A stretch of DNA of 64,000 nt. Source: Octopus sinensis (lineage: Eukaryota). The stretch is taken from positions 85,870,001 through 85,934,000 of the forward strand of contig NC_042997.1 in the NCBI RefSeq assembly GCF_006345805.1. The letters are read 5' to 3'. Positions 50,432 to 62,866 of this stretch are shown here, one piece after another (the stretch's first letter is position 1; each line of letters begins with the position of its first letter). A program made the position numbers and the translations under genes. The notes beneath the pieces are model-generated. The model had not been told where the DNA came from. It ran no database searches and saw only the letters and a program-made list of their open reading frames with translations.

Positions 50432-50822
50432 TCTTTATATATAAAAGAAAGGTTGTGTGTCTGTCTACTCCGATTTAGATTCCTAACTACTCCCACATTT
50501 TGCGGTGCAGTTTAACCAAAACCGGGTATCTTATAGTCGTGATTCATATCAAGCCCTTCTAGGTATTAGCGCATGTCTACAATGAGTCTACGATTTTAAA
50601 AATAATTTACCATCATTTTTTTCCATTTTAATGCATATTTTTAAATAAAGGGAAGTAACTCTCTAAAAATGTCTACGATGAGTCAACGATTTAAAAAAAA
50701 ATTTACCATAATTTTTTTTCCATTTTTAATGCATTTTTTGCTATTTTGTGGCTATAACTCTCTAAAAATGCTTTATAGTTATTTCCCTTACAAACCCGAG
50801 CAATGCCGGGCGATACTGCTAG
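50432..50822 (+). mobile_element. Non-autonomous Helitron
   Basis: Inserted between A (50431) and T (50823). 5' TCTTTATATATAAAAG start, subterminal hairpin cccgagcaatgccggg, and CTAG 3' end. Contains an internal tandem duplication of about 95 bp. Confidence 0.85.
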
Positions 50823-52463
50823 TGTTATATATTTCTGCTTACATAAAGATGGAGGTGGATTAAATTTTTGCTCATATCAAGTAGTACAGCAAACTCTCTC
50901 CAGGACATACTGAGAGAAATTATCTCAGTTGAGAAAAGCAAATACTATGGCACTGTCTTCTGTACCCCTAATCTTATTGCACCATGTTCCTACTCTAGAG
51001 GAAATAGCTCAACGCAATCTCTTCCAGATTCCTATAAAAGCAACGTAATCTCTACCAGATTCCTACATAAAAAAAAAAAGATAACATGCTAAAATTAGAC
51101 AACTGATCACATTGCAGCTTTTTAGTCAAGTGTGTTTATGACTCAGTGTTAATGGCATCTGCCTTAGCTGTTGTTTACTTTTGTTTTTGATTAAAAAAAT
51201 GAATGAACTTCTTTGTGATGAAACAAGTGTGTGATGAACCCAGTACATTGTAGAGTAAACAAGCAAGGCCTAACCTCTTTATTGTTGAGGAAATTATTGA
51301 TGATATGTACTCTTTAGATTAAAAGCTTACCCTTACACAGACACTGAGAGTGATTTGGACAATCAAATTGGCTAAAAGGATGAGGAAAGTAACGATTTGG
51401 TTGAACAAATATAGTAGTTGAGAGATAGGCCTATTATTGTTATTCTCTTCATTTTTTTTTTCTGGGTTTCTGCAACATTAGTTTGCCTGTAATGAACAAA
51501 TATGCTAGTTGAGAGAAAGGCCTACTACTGTTATTCTCCTAAAAATTTTTGTGTTTCAGCTCTTTAGTTTGTCTGCGATCATTACTCTTGAGCTGAGGCT
51601 AGGTGAAGGGTAAAGGTAGGCACATCAGCCCAGGTCTGAATGGGTTAAAACTGAAGATGCAGACAAAACACAAGCACAAACTGAAATTGTTAGACATACT
51701 TCTGGATATACATTTGTATCCTAGTACATGGGTCAAAGAAACCTAAGAGTCACAGTAAAAGATGCTGGACATGATGTTAGCCCATGGCCAGAAGTGAACT
51801 GTATTACAGTATGGGAGATTGGTCACATTATGCTTGACAAAAGGTAAACTGTGGTCAAGTCTAAAGGCCACAAAGCCATACCAGAAATGTGACTAGCAGA
51901 AGACACTGAGATGAAATGCATAGGATCGATGATATGGGGTAGGAAACCTAGTCATTAGATTTGTCATAGTAAAACACATCTTAGCACATCTTCAAAATAG
52001 AACTGGGTAGTTTAAGCAAAAATAAAGAAAAAGAATTAACATTAGGCCTAGTATCACAAATAGAGAAGCAAATATAAAAAAAAAAAAAATTAAACCTTGT
52101 TAATTGGCAGAATCATTAGAGTGTTGGAAAAATGTCTCAAGGTATTTGTTTTGGCTCTTTATATACTGAGTTCAAATCCTCTTAGGTCAGCTTCGCCTTT
52201 CATCCCATCAGGTCGATAAAGTAAACTTACCAATTTAGTACTGTGGTCGAAGGTATTGACTCTCCCTAAAAATTGCTGGCCTTCTGCCTAAATTAGAAAT
52301 CATTAGAAGTAGTAGTAGCAGCAGCACTACCACTCCACTGACACAAGAACATCTTTTACTGCGTACGCATGGGTGTATGGCCTGTGCGGGTTGGTTGTCT
52401 GTTCTGATTTTATCTCTAGGTTGTTCTATTCTAAATAACTATATCTATTTGGTTTGCCTTGGT

Positions 52464-52507
<44 letters not shown>

Positions 52508-53284
52508 TGCAAACTGAAGGATAATAATGATGATAATAATAAAAATAAGACTACTGAATAATATTATTAATAATAATAACAGTAATAATAATAATTACAA
52601 CAACAACAGCAAAAACAGAACAGCAGCAATAATATTAAATTATCAATAGGAAAAACTAAGAGTAATTTAATAGAATAGGGGAGCTTCGGAAGCATTGAAA
52701 GCAAAGATTTTCATTCGATTTGAATGGGTCTTTAATTAAGATGGATTTTTGTCTGAAAAAAGTCATTTGTGAGGTTAAGCTGGTAGATTATTATACTGAC
52801 AACACTTAGTGATGAGTTCAAAAATCCTATATCAATCATTTTGTTACTTCAATGCTGTTGTACAAGTTACATGTAACAGACACAGCTCTAAATTTCAGAC
52901 TATTCATAGTTGAGTGATCAGGAATCGGAAGGATATCAGCTGTAAAGAATAATCATCTGTAAAGAATCATTTCCTCAAAACTACTACTACTAACAGCAGC
53001 AACAGATGCATGCAAGCATGGAAAAATGGACATTTAAATGATGTTGATAGAAGAATCTATAAAAATATATATATAAATATACAAATATGCATGTGTGTAT
53101 GTGTGTGTGTATATATATATATATATGCATGTGTGTATGTATATATATATATATGTATGCTTATATGTATGTTGTATATATGTATGTATGCTTATATGTA
53201 TGTACGTATGCTTGTATATATATATATATACACAAATGCATTCATCATACATACATACATATATATCTATCTATATACAGATAG

Positions 53285-53467
53285 TTGAAATTTACAGAAA
53301 AACAAAACAAAACACAAAGACGGATGTGTAAACAACAAACAGATGTATTAGTTTAACACTTGGGAAGGGGAGAAAGTCTTTTACGTTTCGAGCCTATGCT
53401 TTTCAACAGAAAAGAACACAGAAATAAGCAGAGAAAGAAAATAGAAGAGGTTTAGTGGCTAGCGATC
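53285..53467 (-). mobile_element. Short repeat with a minimal hammerhead-like motif (degenerate core)
   Basis: Minus strand cttttCTGTTGAaaagcataggctcGAAAcgtaaaag. Homolog of 5835-6019; abuts (TA)n. Confidence 0.55.
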
Positions 53468-53514
53468 AATGTGTGTATGTTTTTACATATATGCATGTAT
53501 GTATATATGTATGT

Positions 53515-53546
<32 letters not shown>

Positions 53547-53950
53547 TATCATCATTTAGCATCCACTTTCCATGCTAGCATGGGTTGGACGGTTCAACTG
53601 GGGTCTGGGAAGCCAGAAGGCTGCACCAGGCCCAGTCTGATCTGGCAATGTTTCTACGGCTGGATGCCCTTCCTAATGCTAACCACTCTGTGAGTGTAGT
53701 GGGTGCATTTTACATTCCACCGGCACAGGTGCCAGACGAGGCTGGCAAACGGCCACGATCGGATGGTGCTTTTTACATGCCACTGGCACGGGGGCCAGGC
53801 AAGGCTGGCAATGGCCACGATCAGATGGTGCTTTTTACATGCCACCGACACGAGGCCAGTCGAGGCGGCGCTGGCAACAGCCACGTTCGGATGGTTCTCT
53901 TACGTGCCACCGGCACTGGTATCACAGCTGCAATTTCCATTGATGTTGAT
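53515..53950 (-). mobile_element. RTE 3' UTR with about 60-bp tandem array and (GAT)n tail
   Basis: (cat)n tail, then gcatccactttccatgctagcatgggttggac..ggatgcccttcctaatgc and 3-4 tggtgctttttacatgccac units, as at 12690-12915. Confidence 0.75.
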
Positions 53951-53952
53951 CG

Positions 53953-53996
53953 ATATATATATATATATTATATATATATATATAGAGAGAGAGAGA

Positions 53997-54057
<61 letters not shown>

Positions 54058-54160
54058 TGTATATATATATATATGTATATATATAATATATATGTATATA
54101 TATAGTATATATATATATATATATATATAATATGTGTTTATATATATACATATATATGAG
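53953..54160. repeat. Long (TA)n/(GA)n microsatellite
   Basis: Direct reading. Confidence 0.95.
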
Positions 54161-54382
54161 TGTGTGTGTGTATGAGTAAGGAGAGTAGAAGATTAATTTC
54201 CTTACTCATCTATAGGGGGAAACCTCTTTTACTTATATTTTCAGATAACTGTTATAGCCTTTATTTATAGTCAATACCTAACTGGACTTGCGTCTCTTTT
54301 TCTTATAATGATAAATACGAATCTCCTTGATTCTATTCTGCTGTTTTCTTACTCAAGTTCTTCGTAAGAATTTTGTTTCTAC

Positions 54383-54489
54383 TTCTTGCACTAAAGAGTA
54401 CATTGATATATAATTAATTTAATTTATTGAATTCAACCATGAATTTGCATAATTTCTATATCTCTGTACGAAACGATTGTCTGCATGAA
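54383..54489 (+). ncRNA. Type I hammerhead ribozyme-like element with long stem II; core G5A variant, probably inactive
   Basis: ttcttgca-CTAAAGA-gtaca..tgtac-GAAA-c-gatt-g-TC-tgcatgaa. Stem I has 7/8 pairs. Confidence 0.7.
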
Positions 54490-55689
54490 TTAAAATCCTC
54501 TTATATATTTTAACATCTTCTCTTCTCCATTTTAAACTAAATTGTTGAGTTTTATGGGATTTCTTTCCATACATTCACCACACATCATATACAAGTATTA
54601 TTTTCATATTCATAGATTTATGCCTGTAAGCTACCAGCAAAATATGAAGAATCAATATTAGAAATTTTTTTTGTAAACCTCCAAATTAAAGAACAAATCT
54701 TATTCAACTTTTTTACTCCTACATATATATATGAATACAAGATTTAAAAAAAAAATTCTCTTACTAGTTTTCTATCATACAAAAGTTTTTAGTTGATCAT
54801 ATGGATCCCAGTACTGATTTTAGTTGAACTCTTATCTGTTGAGCTGCTAAGTTTTGAGACTTAAAATGACACATCATCAATAAACTAATATAGACAAATA
54901 GTAAGTTACCCCACCACCACATGTGCATGTGTATGTTTTTTCCTGTGAATGTCTTTATGCTTGTTTTTCCATCTTAGTATGGATTAGACAAATATAATAT
55001 TGAGGTATTGTTTTCTAGTGTTTTATCACTAACCTTTAACTGCTTTTCAAATAAGGGATATTTTATTCAACATGTCATTCAACAAGTACAAAGTCGCTGA
55101 TGAGCCATAGTTGAGTTATTTTTGATGGACAAACACATCACACATCCCCTGGCTAGGCAATACAAATAACTTCACATGTACATATACATATGATGGACTT
55201 TGAACTTCTTACCAAATTCACTCACAAGGCTTTGGCCAACATTCACACACACACAAATGTATATCATCTGTCATCTCCTTATGAAGGAGATGACAGAGGA
55301 ACAAGATATATGGGGCATCGCTGTACTCAAGAAGACCTGCCCACCACAACAGAATTGAAATCCTAAAACCAAGGTGACATGTAAAAGACACCCAGTACAC
55401 TCTGTAAAGTAGTTGGTGTTAGGAAGGGCATCAAGTTGTAGATACCAAACCAAAACAAACAATGGAACTTGGTGCAGCCCCTGACCCTGCCAGTTCCTGC
55501 CAGTCATCCAACTTATGCCAGCACAGAAAAAAGACAGTAAATGTTGAAGATGATATACTAAGTCTCTTTCTGTTTGTGCTTGCACTTATTTGTGATCCAA
55601 TTACACTTCTTGTGCACCCATAGTTTATATTAGACATTGTGTATGAAATTCCTATCTACTTCTTTTCCTGTATACCACAGATGGTCAAT

Positions 55690-56030
55690 TCTCAGATGGC
55701 AATGCAATTCTGCTTTCTTTGCAGTCAGCCTTTGCTAGGTCTATTTTCATGTCTTTTGATTCTTGGCTTTGTATCCATGTTCGGAATTCCTTCTCTGAAT
55801 CTTCAGCACATTTCAACTACAGTTACTAGATCCTCAGTAAACAAGAATACTTACAAATAGTCAGTTTTAGCCTCTTCTGTTATAGTCTGGAGAACTAGAA
55901 TAAAGAGGAGGTGACTGAGAACTATGTTTTGATGAAAACTTATCAGCTTACAAAATTCTTCATTGATTTCATAACAAATTCTTACCTTGCTAATAGCATC
56001 TCTGTACATGGCTTCTACAAATATTACAAA
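55690..56030 (-). pseudogene. Decayed RTE RT fragment
   Basis: EAMYRDAISKVRICYEINEEF..VLSHLLFILVLQTITEEAKTDYL, homologous to 13137-13481. Confidence 0.7.
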
Positions 56031-56708
56031 CAATTTATGTACTGTTAGTTTTCTTAGAAATCACCAGACTACAGAGTTAGTATATATGCATTATATATAT
56101 AAATATATATATGTATGTATATAGACAGACAGACAGACAGCTTAGTATTATAGATTTTCTATAAAATATAAAAACCTATGACAAATGGTTGTTTTATAAT
56201 CTTGTGTTATCTCTGGTTTATTTTATCATCAGTGTGATAAGACATATGACCTATATGATACATTTATAGGCAATAAATAAAGACATAGATACACACTCAC
56301 ACACATACACACACATGTGCATGCATGTATGACACATATATATGTATATATCTATATATATACACACGCACACTTAATGTGGCAGTTCATATCAGTGTGG
56401 AAAACGCTTGTTATTCAAAGCAGAAATATGGTGACTCTGTAAAGTTGGTTAAATCTTATACTGTTGTTGCTGTTTAGCCCCAGGTCAGCCTTGATCAAGC
56501 ATACTTTTAACAGAAAGTATTTCAATAGTGACCATTATATCAAGGACTACAATTTTTAATGTATTTTTATTTTATGATGATAGGGTGTTATTTAAAGAGA
56601 TTTGACTGCAAACTTTAGTGTATCAAGTGTTAGCATATATATTTGTAAATATGTTTTGTCACAGCAATTTATAGCACACACACACACACATGTGTGTGTG
56701 TTCTATAT

Positions 56709-56850
56709 GAGGTTGACTTTGCCTTTCATCCTTTCGGGGTCGATAAATTAAGTACCAGTTACGCACTGGGATCGATGTAATCGACTTAACCCATTTGTCT
56801 GTCCTTGTTTGTCCCCTCTGTGTTTAGCCCTTTGTGGGTAGTAAAGAAAT
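56709..56850 (+). mobile_element. Family B SINE 3' half, well preserved
   Basis: gaggttgactttgcctttcatcctttcggggtcgataaattaagtaccagttacgcactggg..gtagtaaagaaat, with CpGs retained. Confidence 0.75.
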
Positions 56851-59800
56851 ATATATATATAGTATACACTATAGTGGAACAGTATCAGTGGCCATGTCGC
56901 AGTTAGTGTTATGTAAATTTTGGCAGCAAATAATAAATGTTTAGGTGAAGTTAACAGTTTTTAGGTATTATTGAATTGCTAATGTGTGTTTTCCATGATG
57001 TAATTGCTTTAGCTTCAACAAATGGTCTCAGATTAAATCACTTGCCAGACAAGTATAACCCCTGCAATTGTAATATTTTATAGAAATACTGGAACAAGTA
57101 AGTGGTGTCATAAATAAACGAATGGCTTAAATGTGATTTGATGAAAGGTTTCAGTTTGAAATTCCAACAATATTATTGTAGATATGTGAAGAAAGTCAGA
57201 GGGTGTAACAGCTGAAAAATTCTGTGACAACCAAGATCAGGATACTAGTCTGAATACTGTCCCTGCAAGCTTTCGCCACCTTCCTAATACCCATCTCTCA
57301 TATTCCATATATCCATCCCTACATCGCTCTTCTTACTGTGGCACTGCTGTAATGATATACTAGCATTATCTGAAAATATTTCTTCTTTTTGTGCCACCAG
57401 ATATCTCACTCTCTCTCTCTCTCTGGAACCATTTTTATGAACATATATCTCATTCTCAATGTTGTCCTCCATTTTAATTTCCACTGCTTACCCCTTTCTG
57501 TGCCTTCAGATATTTGTTCCCCTCCTCTGAGCTACACCTTAGGAAGTGCCATACCTCATATTTAACACTCTCTTCTATTTGTTATCACTCTTAAATCCTT
57601 GTCACATCTGTCATCAATGCCCCCCTCTCACCTTTGTCCTCCACTCACTACAGTCACCCCTTCATACCTCTGAATACTATCTCTGTCCCTGAGCATCTTT
57701 CTCTTTCCGCTTTCCCACCTTGCACATCATCTCCCTATTTTCACATCTACAGGTTTATTATCCTGCTGCTTTCCTTCTTATACTGCTGCATTCATCTCCT
57801 TACTGAGCAATTTCTTTTACCTTTTCTCCCATACTAATACTTACCATCACCCACACCTCCACCCATTTGCTACATCTACTTTCCCCCTCCCATCTTTAAC
57901 CACCTATCACTCTCCTTTCACACACCTATGAAGTTATTCACTAGCTCCTCCCCATCCTCAGTTTGTATTCTCTCAAATATTCCCTTTCTTGTAATTTGAG
58001 ATTATGCTTTGACACCTTGTCCCCAAAATTTTATCTTTTTCCTATATAATGTGAGAGCTATATATCTCTTTTATTACAAGACACCTGTGCCTGTCTTGCA
58101 ATCATACTTTAGCCCTTCAACACCAGTCATAGAATATCTACCTCAATGAATTCCATCTCACCAATCTAATATGGAAATTTCGTCATTGAAATGTTAACAG
58201 TAGCAATGGCTGTTATGGCAATGATGACAACAATAGTGCTAACAGAAATACTGGGGGAGGAGATAAGTTGATTAAATCACTCCAAGTTTTGAACTACTAC
58301 TTGTTTTATTGACTCTAAGCACACTAAGTATTTTGCTAAGTGTGCAAACGATTCTGCCAGCTCACCACCTTAGTAATGACAAGAAGATATTATAAATGTA
58401 AAGAAGAAAAGGGAAACTTAGAAACAGATGAACCTGGTATTTTATGTATGTTTCCGATACATGTTTTGATCTAGAAATAACATGACATTGTTGCATATTT
58501 AAAGCAAAGGAGAAAACAGGACATTTTATAGATACCAATGTTTAAATGTTTTTTTTTATTGTCCTAGTCTAGACTTAACTTTATTTACATTTGAATCTCA
58601 TTTAAAGTCTAAAAGCTGAATAAACTGGAAAAAATCTTCCAACTAACTATATTTGAAATTCTCCACTGGGAGAACTATATTGAACAACTTATATAACTAA
58701 CTTAATTTTTCATGCAAAACAAATTTCAATTGTCTTCAAAACTGTAAGAATTTTCTTGTCTTGTTTTCTTTATTTTCAAATAGAAACTAATTTCTTTTCC
58801 CAAAATACTTCAATCAATTTAAATCTGAATCTATTTAATGTTGGCTTTCTTTTAGTTCTGTCTAATCCAGTCTTTCTCATCAGAAACAGGTATGATTGAC
58901 TGAACTAATCACAGTTTATTATTATTAGTTCATTAACTCCCGGAGCAATAGAATAAAGAAAATACACTGATTCTGGCAGGAATTGAACTCAGAAACAAGT
59001 TTTTGTAATGTTGTTTGAGGTTCAGGCATGGCTGTGTGGTCAAGAAGTTTGTTTTGTAACTGCATGGCTTCAGGTTTGATCTGACTGTGTGCCATCTTAG
59101 ACTAGTGGTTCTCAAACTGAAATATGCAAGGCCTCTCACCCCTAAATATTTGTGAAAAGTTTTTGTGCCCTTCCTCCTCTTTATTAATAAGAACAGAGTA
59201 TGCAACCATGCTCAGTGTCCTGGACAAATTTTAAAAGTTTAAAAGCCATCTTAGTTTTATTTATAATATTAATTCGTCTCCTTGTTTTTCAGTCTTCAGA
59301 GGCCCCATGGTCCTGTCTATGACAAAAACTAACCCTAGATTAGAGTTTTGAAATCACTCCGGGGTAATCATCCATTGAATTACTAAATGAAGGCCTGTTA
59401 TCTTCTGTTGGGTTCACATCTGTGAGATGATGGTACTGCTGGTGTTATACATTCTAACACCATAGCCTTAGTCCAGTGTTGCCATATGTATATATATATA
59501 CCTGTAAGTTCCAGTATTCATAATACTGGAACTTATAGGTGTCCAGTGGTAGAAATTTCTTCAAATATTTAGTATCATCAAAAATGTAATTAGTATGGAG
59601 TGGGGGCACATTCCTCATGGGAGCAGGTGTGAAAAGAAACAAAATTTCCCCTGGTATATGACATCTGTTAATTAAAGTGACAGTATGAAAAGAGTCTTTG
59701 ACCCCTGATGATGAGAACCCTTACTACACTACTAAGTCTCATGCCATACAGGTTTGTGTTGAAAATCCAATGGAGTTAACTTACCTTTCTTTCAACCAAT

Positions 59801-59896
59801 GTTACTGTATAGTCTCAGTGCAGCCTTAAGGGAGCATAATTTATAGACAAAAGCATTCTGAGCAGAACCATGCTATCTTTTTTTTTCTCTTTAGAC

Positions 59897-60229
59897 CTTA
59901 CCTTAAAAGACTCCGCCGGTTACGACGACGAGGGTCCCAGCTGATACGATCAACGGAACAGCTTGCTCGTGAAATTAACGTGCAAATGGCTGAGCATTCC
60001 ACAGACACGTGTACCCTTAACGTAGTTCTCGGGGAAAATCAGCGTGACACAGAGAGTGACAAGGCTGACCCTTCGAAATACAAGTACAACTCATTTTTGC
60101 CAGCTGAGTGGACTGGAGCAACGTGAAATAAAGTGTCTTGCTCAAGGACACAACGCGTCGCCGGGAATCGAACTCACAACCTTACGATCATGAGCCGAAT
60201 GCCCTAACCACTAAGCCACGCGCCCTCAC
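59897..60229 (-). mobile_element. Young full-length tRNA-derived SINE with 11-bp target-site duplication
   Basis: Duplication tctctttagac at 59886-59896 and 60230-60240. Minus-strand A box tggcttagtgg and B box gttcgattcc. About 24 CpGs retained. Confidence 0.92.
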
Positions 60230-62805
60230 TCTCTTTAGACAAACTATCTAGGACAACATTATGTGTCCTTCCTTTTTCTCATAATGATAGAATCTGATAT
60301 AAGTGAGATTTGGCTACTATTTGTAGCTAAGTCAAACAGTTTCATTTGGGTTGATAATAGAGGATTCAGTGATATTGGAGTTAAATTCAATCTACTTTAT
60401 ATCTTCCTCTGTTAGTCTTGCAAAATACGTTTTTAAATGAATTCTTAACTTATTGGAGATAAACTGAAATTATGCTGATTGACTAAGAAAGATGGAACTG
60501 TTGCTATGAGATATAAAATAACTGAGTCATTATGACAAAACTTGTAAGAAAACAACTAAATCTCAATACAATATGCTAACATATACATACTCACAGACAC
60601 ATATATACTACACAGATAACACACACATTTAAATATGTTTTCTGAGATTGGATGTCTCTTTTTTCAAGCAAAAAAATTGCAGCAGGAGATAGATTAACCT
60701 AGTCATCATAAAAGGGTTGATTAAATATTTGAAGTGAGTGGGAGAAAAATTAAAGCACTGATCTGAAATAATCTTACTAGTTTAATTACAGTTAATAAGA
60801 TTGAGAAGATATCATTTGTAGAAATGATGTATGCAAATTGATCTCAGCTGCTGGTGGTTTAGTTACCTGGCATTCATTGATGTAAAATATCATAGTTTGG
60901 AAATGCTTTATAGAGTTAAAATGACTTCTTTAAGAGAAAGGATCCGTAACGGAGTTGAATTGGAAGAGAGATAAAAGAATAAAATAAAGCACAAACCTGT
61001 CTTATGGTTAATCACTCAGGGTAAAATACAAACCTCCTTAATTTCACCTTTTCTTTACTCCCATTTTCTCAATCACTTTTTACACTCTCTACCTATTCCC
61101 TCCATTTTTTCTTCCCCTTCTTCTCCCATATCCTATCCATCTCACTCTCTCTAATGAGTTAATGAGTTAATAAGGGAAACTCAGAGTGGTTGCTTAATCT
61201 GCTGGAAATAACAGCCGAATGACAGACACACTTATCATTTTTTTAATTCTCAAAAGAGCAAAGAACACATTAGATGTAGTTCTAATTATATTAAATGTGA
61301 AAAGAAAAAAAAAAACATGAGAGAGTAATGGTTGCCATGCCTTTCATCTTGGTCTGTTTGATCATGTTTGATTACAACATTTTGAATTTTTCATCACTTA
61401 GTTAGGGAGGGAGAGGCAAAGGTAGCGGCCACCACCCTTTATTTTTCAGGGACTTGAAAATTGATGGTTGAAAGAGAAAGGGAAATTGTACACTTGGTCC
61501 ATATGCTTGCCACACAATTAGTTCTGCTAAAGGTTCCCAAGAAGCAGAGGTGGTGTTGCAATACTGGGTGACAGGTTATGTCTACCACCCAAGAACATAG
61601 AACTCAAAGTACTGGAATAAATACCACAAGGTATCTTGTCTAGTGTTCTACCAATCTTCCACTGTGAACTAGTTACTTTTTGAACTTGAAAGGATGGAAA
61701 TCAAAGTTGACCTCAGCAGGATCAAAACCTAGATTGCAGAAACGCAGAACAAATACCACAAGGTGTTATGTCCTAAACTCTAATGATTCTCTTAATTCAG
61801 TGAAATCATGTTCGTCCTTAAGGATAATTGATGACTTACACAGTGATTTTGTTTTAAAGTGATGAATTGCTCACCATTAACCTCATATTCTTGTGCATGA
61901 CCAGCTTCAATCCAGTGACAAGACTAGGTGAAAATGAATGGGGATAAAAGTAGATGCAGTGGATGACTAAGATGTTTTGTGTAATCTTTCTCTCTGCACT
62001 CCACAATGTATTGCTGCAGCTACTTTTCCCTCTGTTGAGTCATGAAAGGTTTTTTTTTCTGCAGAGTCCATCAGATCCAGGCTGCACATCCATAGGTATG
62101 CAATTAGTATGCAAATTAACCTATAACTGGGACCCTGACAGATGCTACTACTCCAAGTCAGTGGTAGACTCGGGAACAATATTGACTAAGAAATGGTTCC
62201 TCTTTCTTCAATACCCAGAACTCCCAAACCAGGGCCCCACTACTGGATGTAGTTTAGTCATACCAAGGACATAATCCACTGGCAAGTAATGACAACTACA
62301 ACAGCAACATATCCTAAGTACCAGTAATACTATTGGGGCTTTTCCAGCAACTGTCTCTTTCTCTCTCTTCCTTTACAAAAAATATAGTCTTGTTGGCGTT
62401 GTTTATTCATAGCCAAGAGAAATCAATATTTAAAATTATATTAAATCCATTATAAATTGTTTGCAAAATTTAAAATAAAAATAAAAAATTACATAAATAA
62501 TTAAATAATACAAATTAACTGGCAAAAATATTTAAAAGAAAGAACTAAAGCAATTTTTGAAGACTGTCAGGTAAATTGGACTGCAGCCAAATTTTGTTAT
62601 TTTTGAGAACATAAATTCATTATATTATTTATTTCTTCAATTATTTGTATATTTGTGTGTTTACTTCCGTTATTCATAATATACCAGTTCTTTGTTCTTT
62701 TGGCAAAGTTTACCACAGAAATAAAATAATATTAATAATAATAAAAACAGAACAAAAGACAAAATTGGAAGAGAATATCTTTCTGATGAATAGATATTTA
62801 TTGGA

Positions 62806-62806
<1 letters not shown>

Positions 62807-62849
<43 letters not shown>

Positions 62850-62866
62850 TAATAATAATAATAATT
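62807..62866. repeat. (AAT)n microsatellite
   Basis: Direct reading. Confidence 0.95.

Noticed and set aside
53585-54130. 181-aa ORF with repeated DGAFYMP motifs
   Set aside because: Antisense translation of the RTE 3' UTR tandem array plus (TA)n.
59705-59760. CTGATGA followed by a tgaga..tctca stem
   Set aside because: No GAAA after the stem and no stem I or III, so not a hammerhead.
60150-60229. tRNA-like sequence
   Set aside because: It is the head of a SINE with a target-site duplication and lacks a proper acceptor stem; not a tRNA gene.
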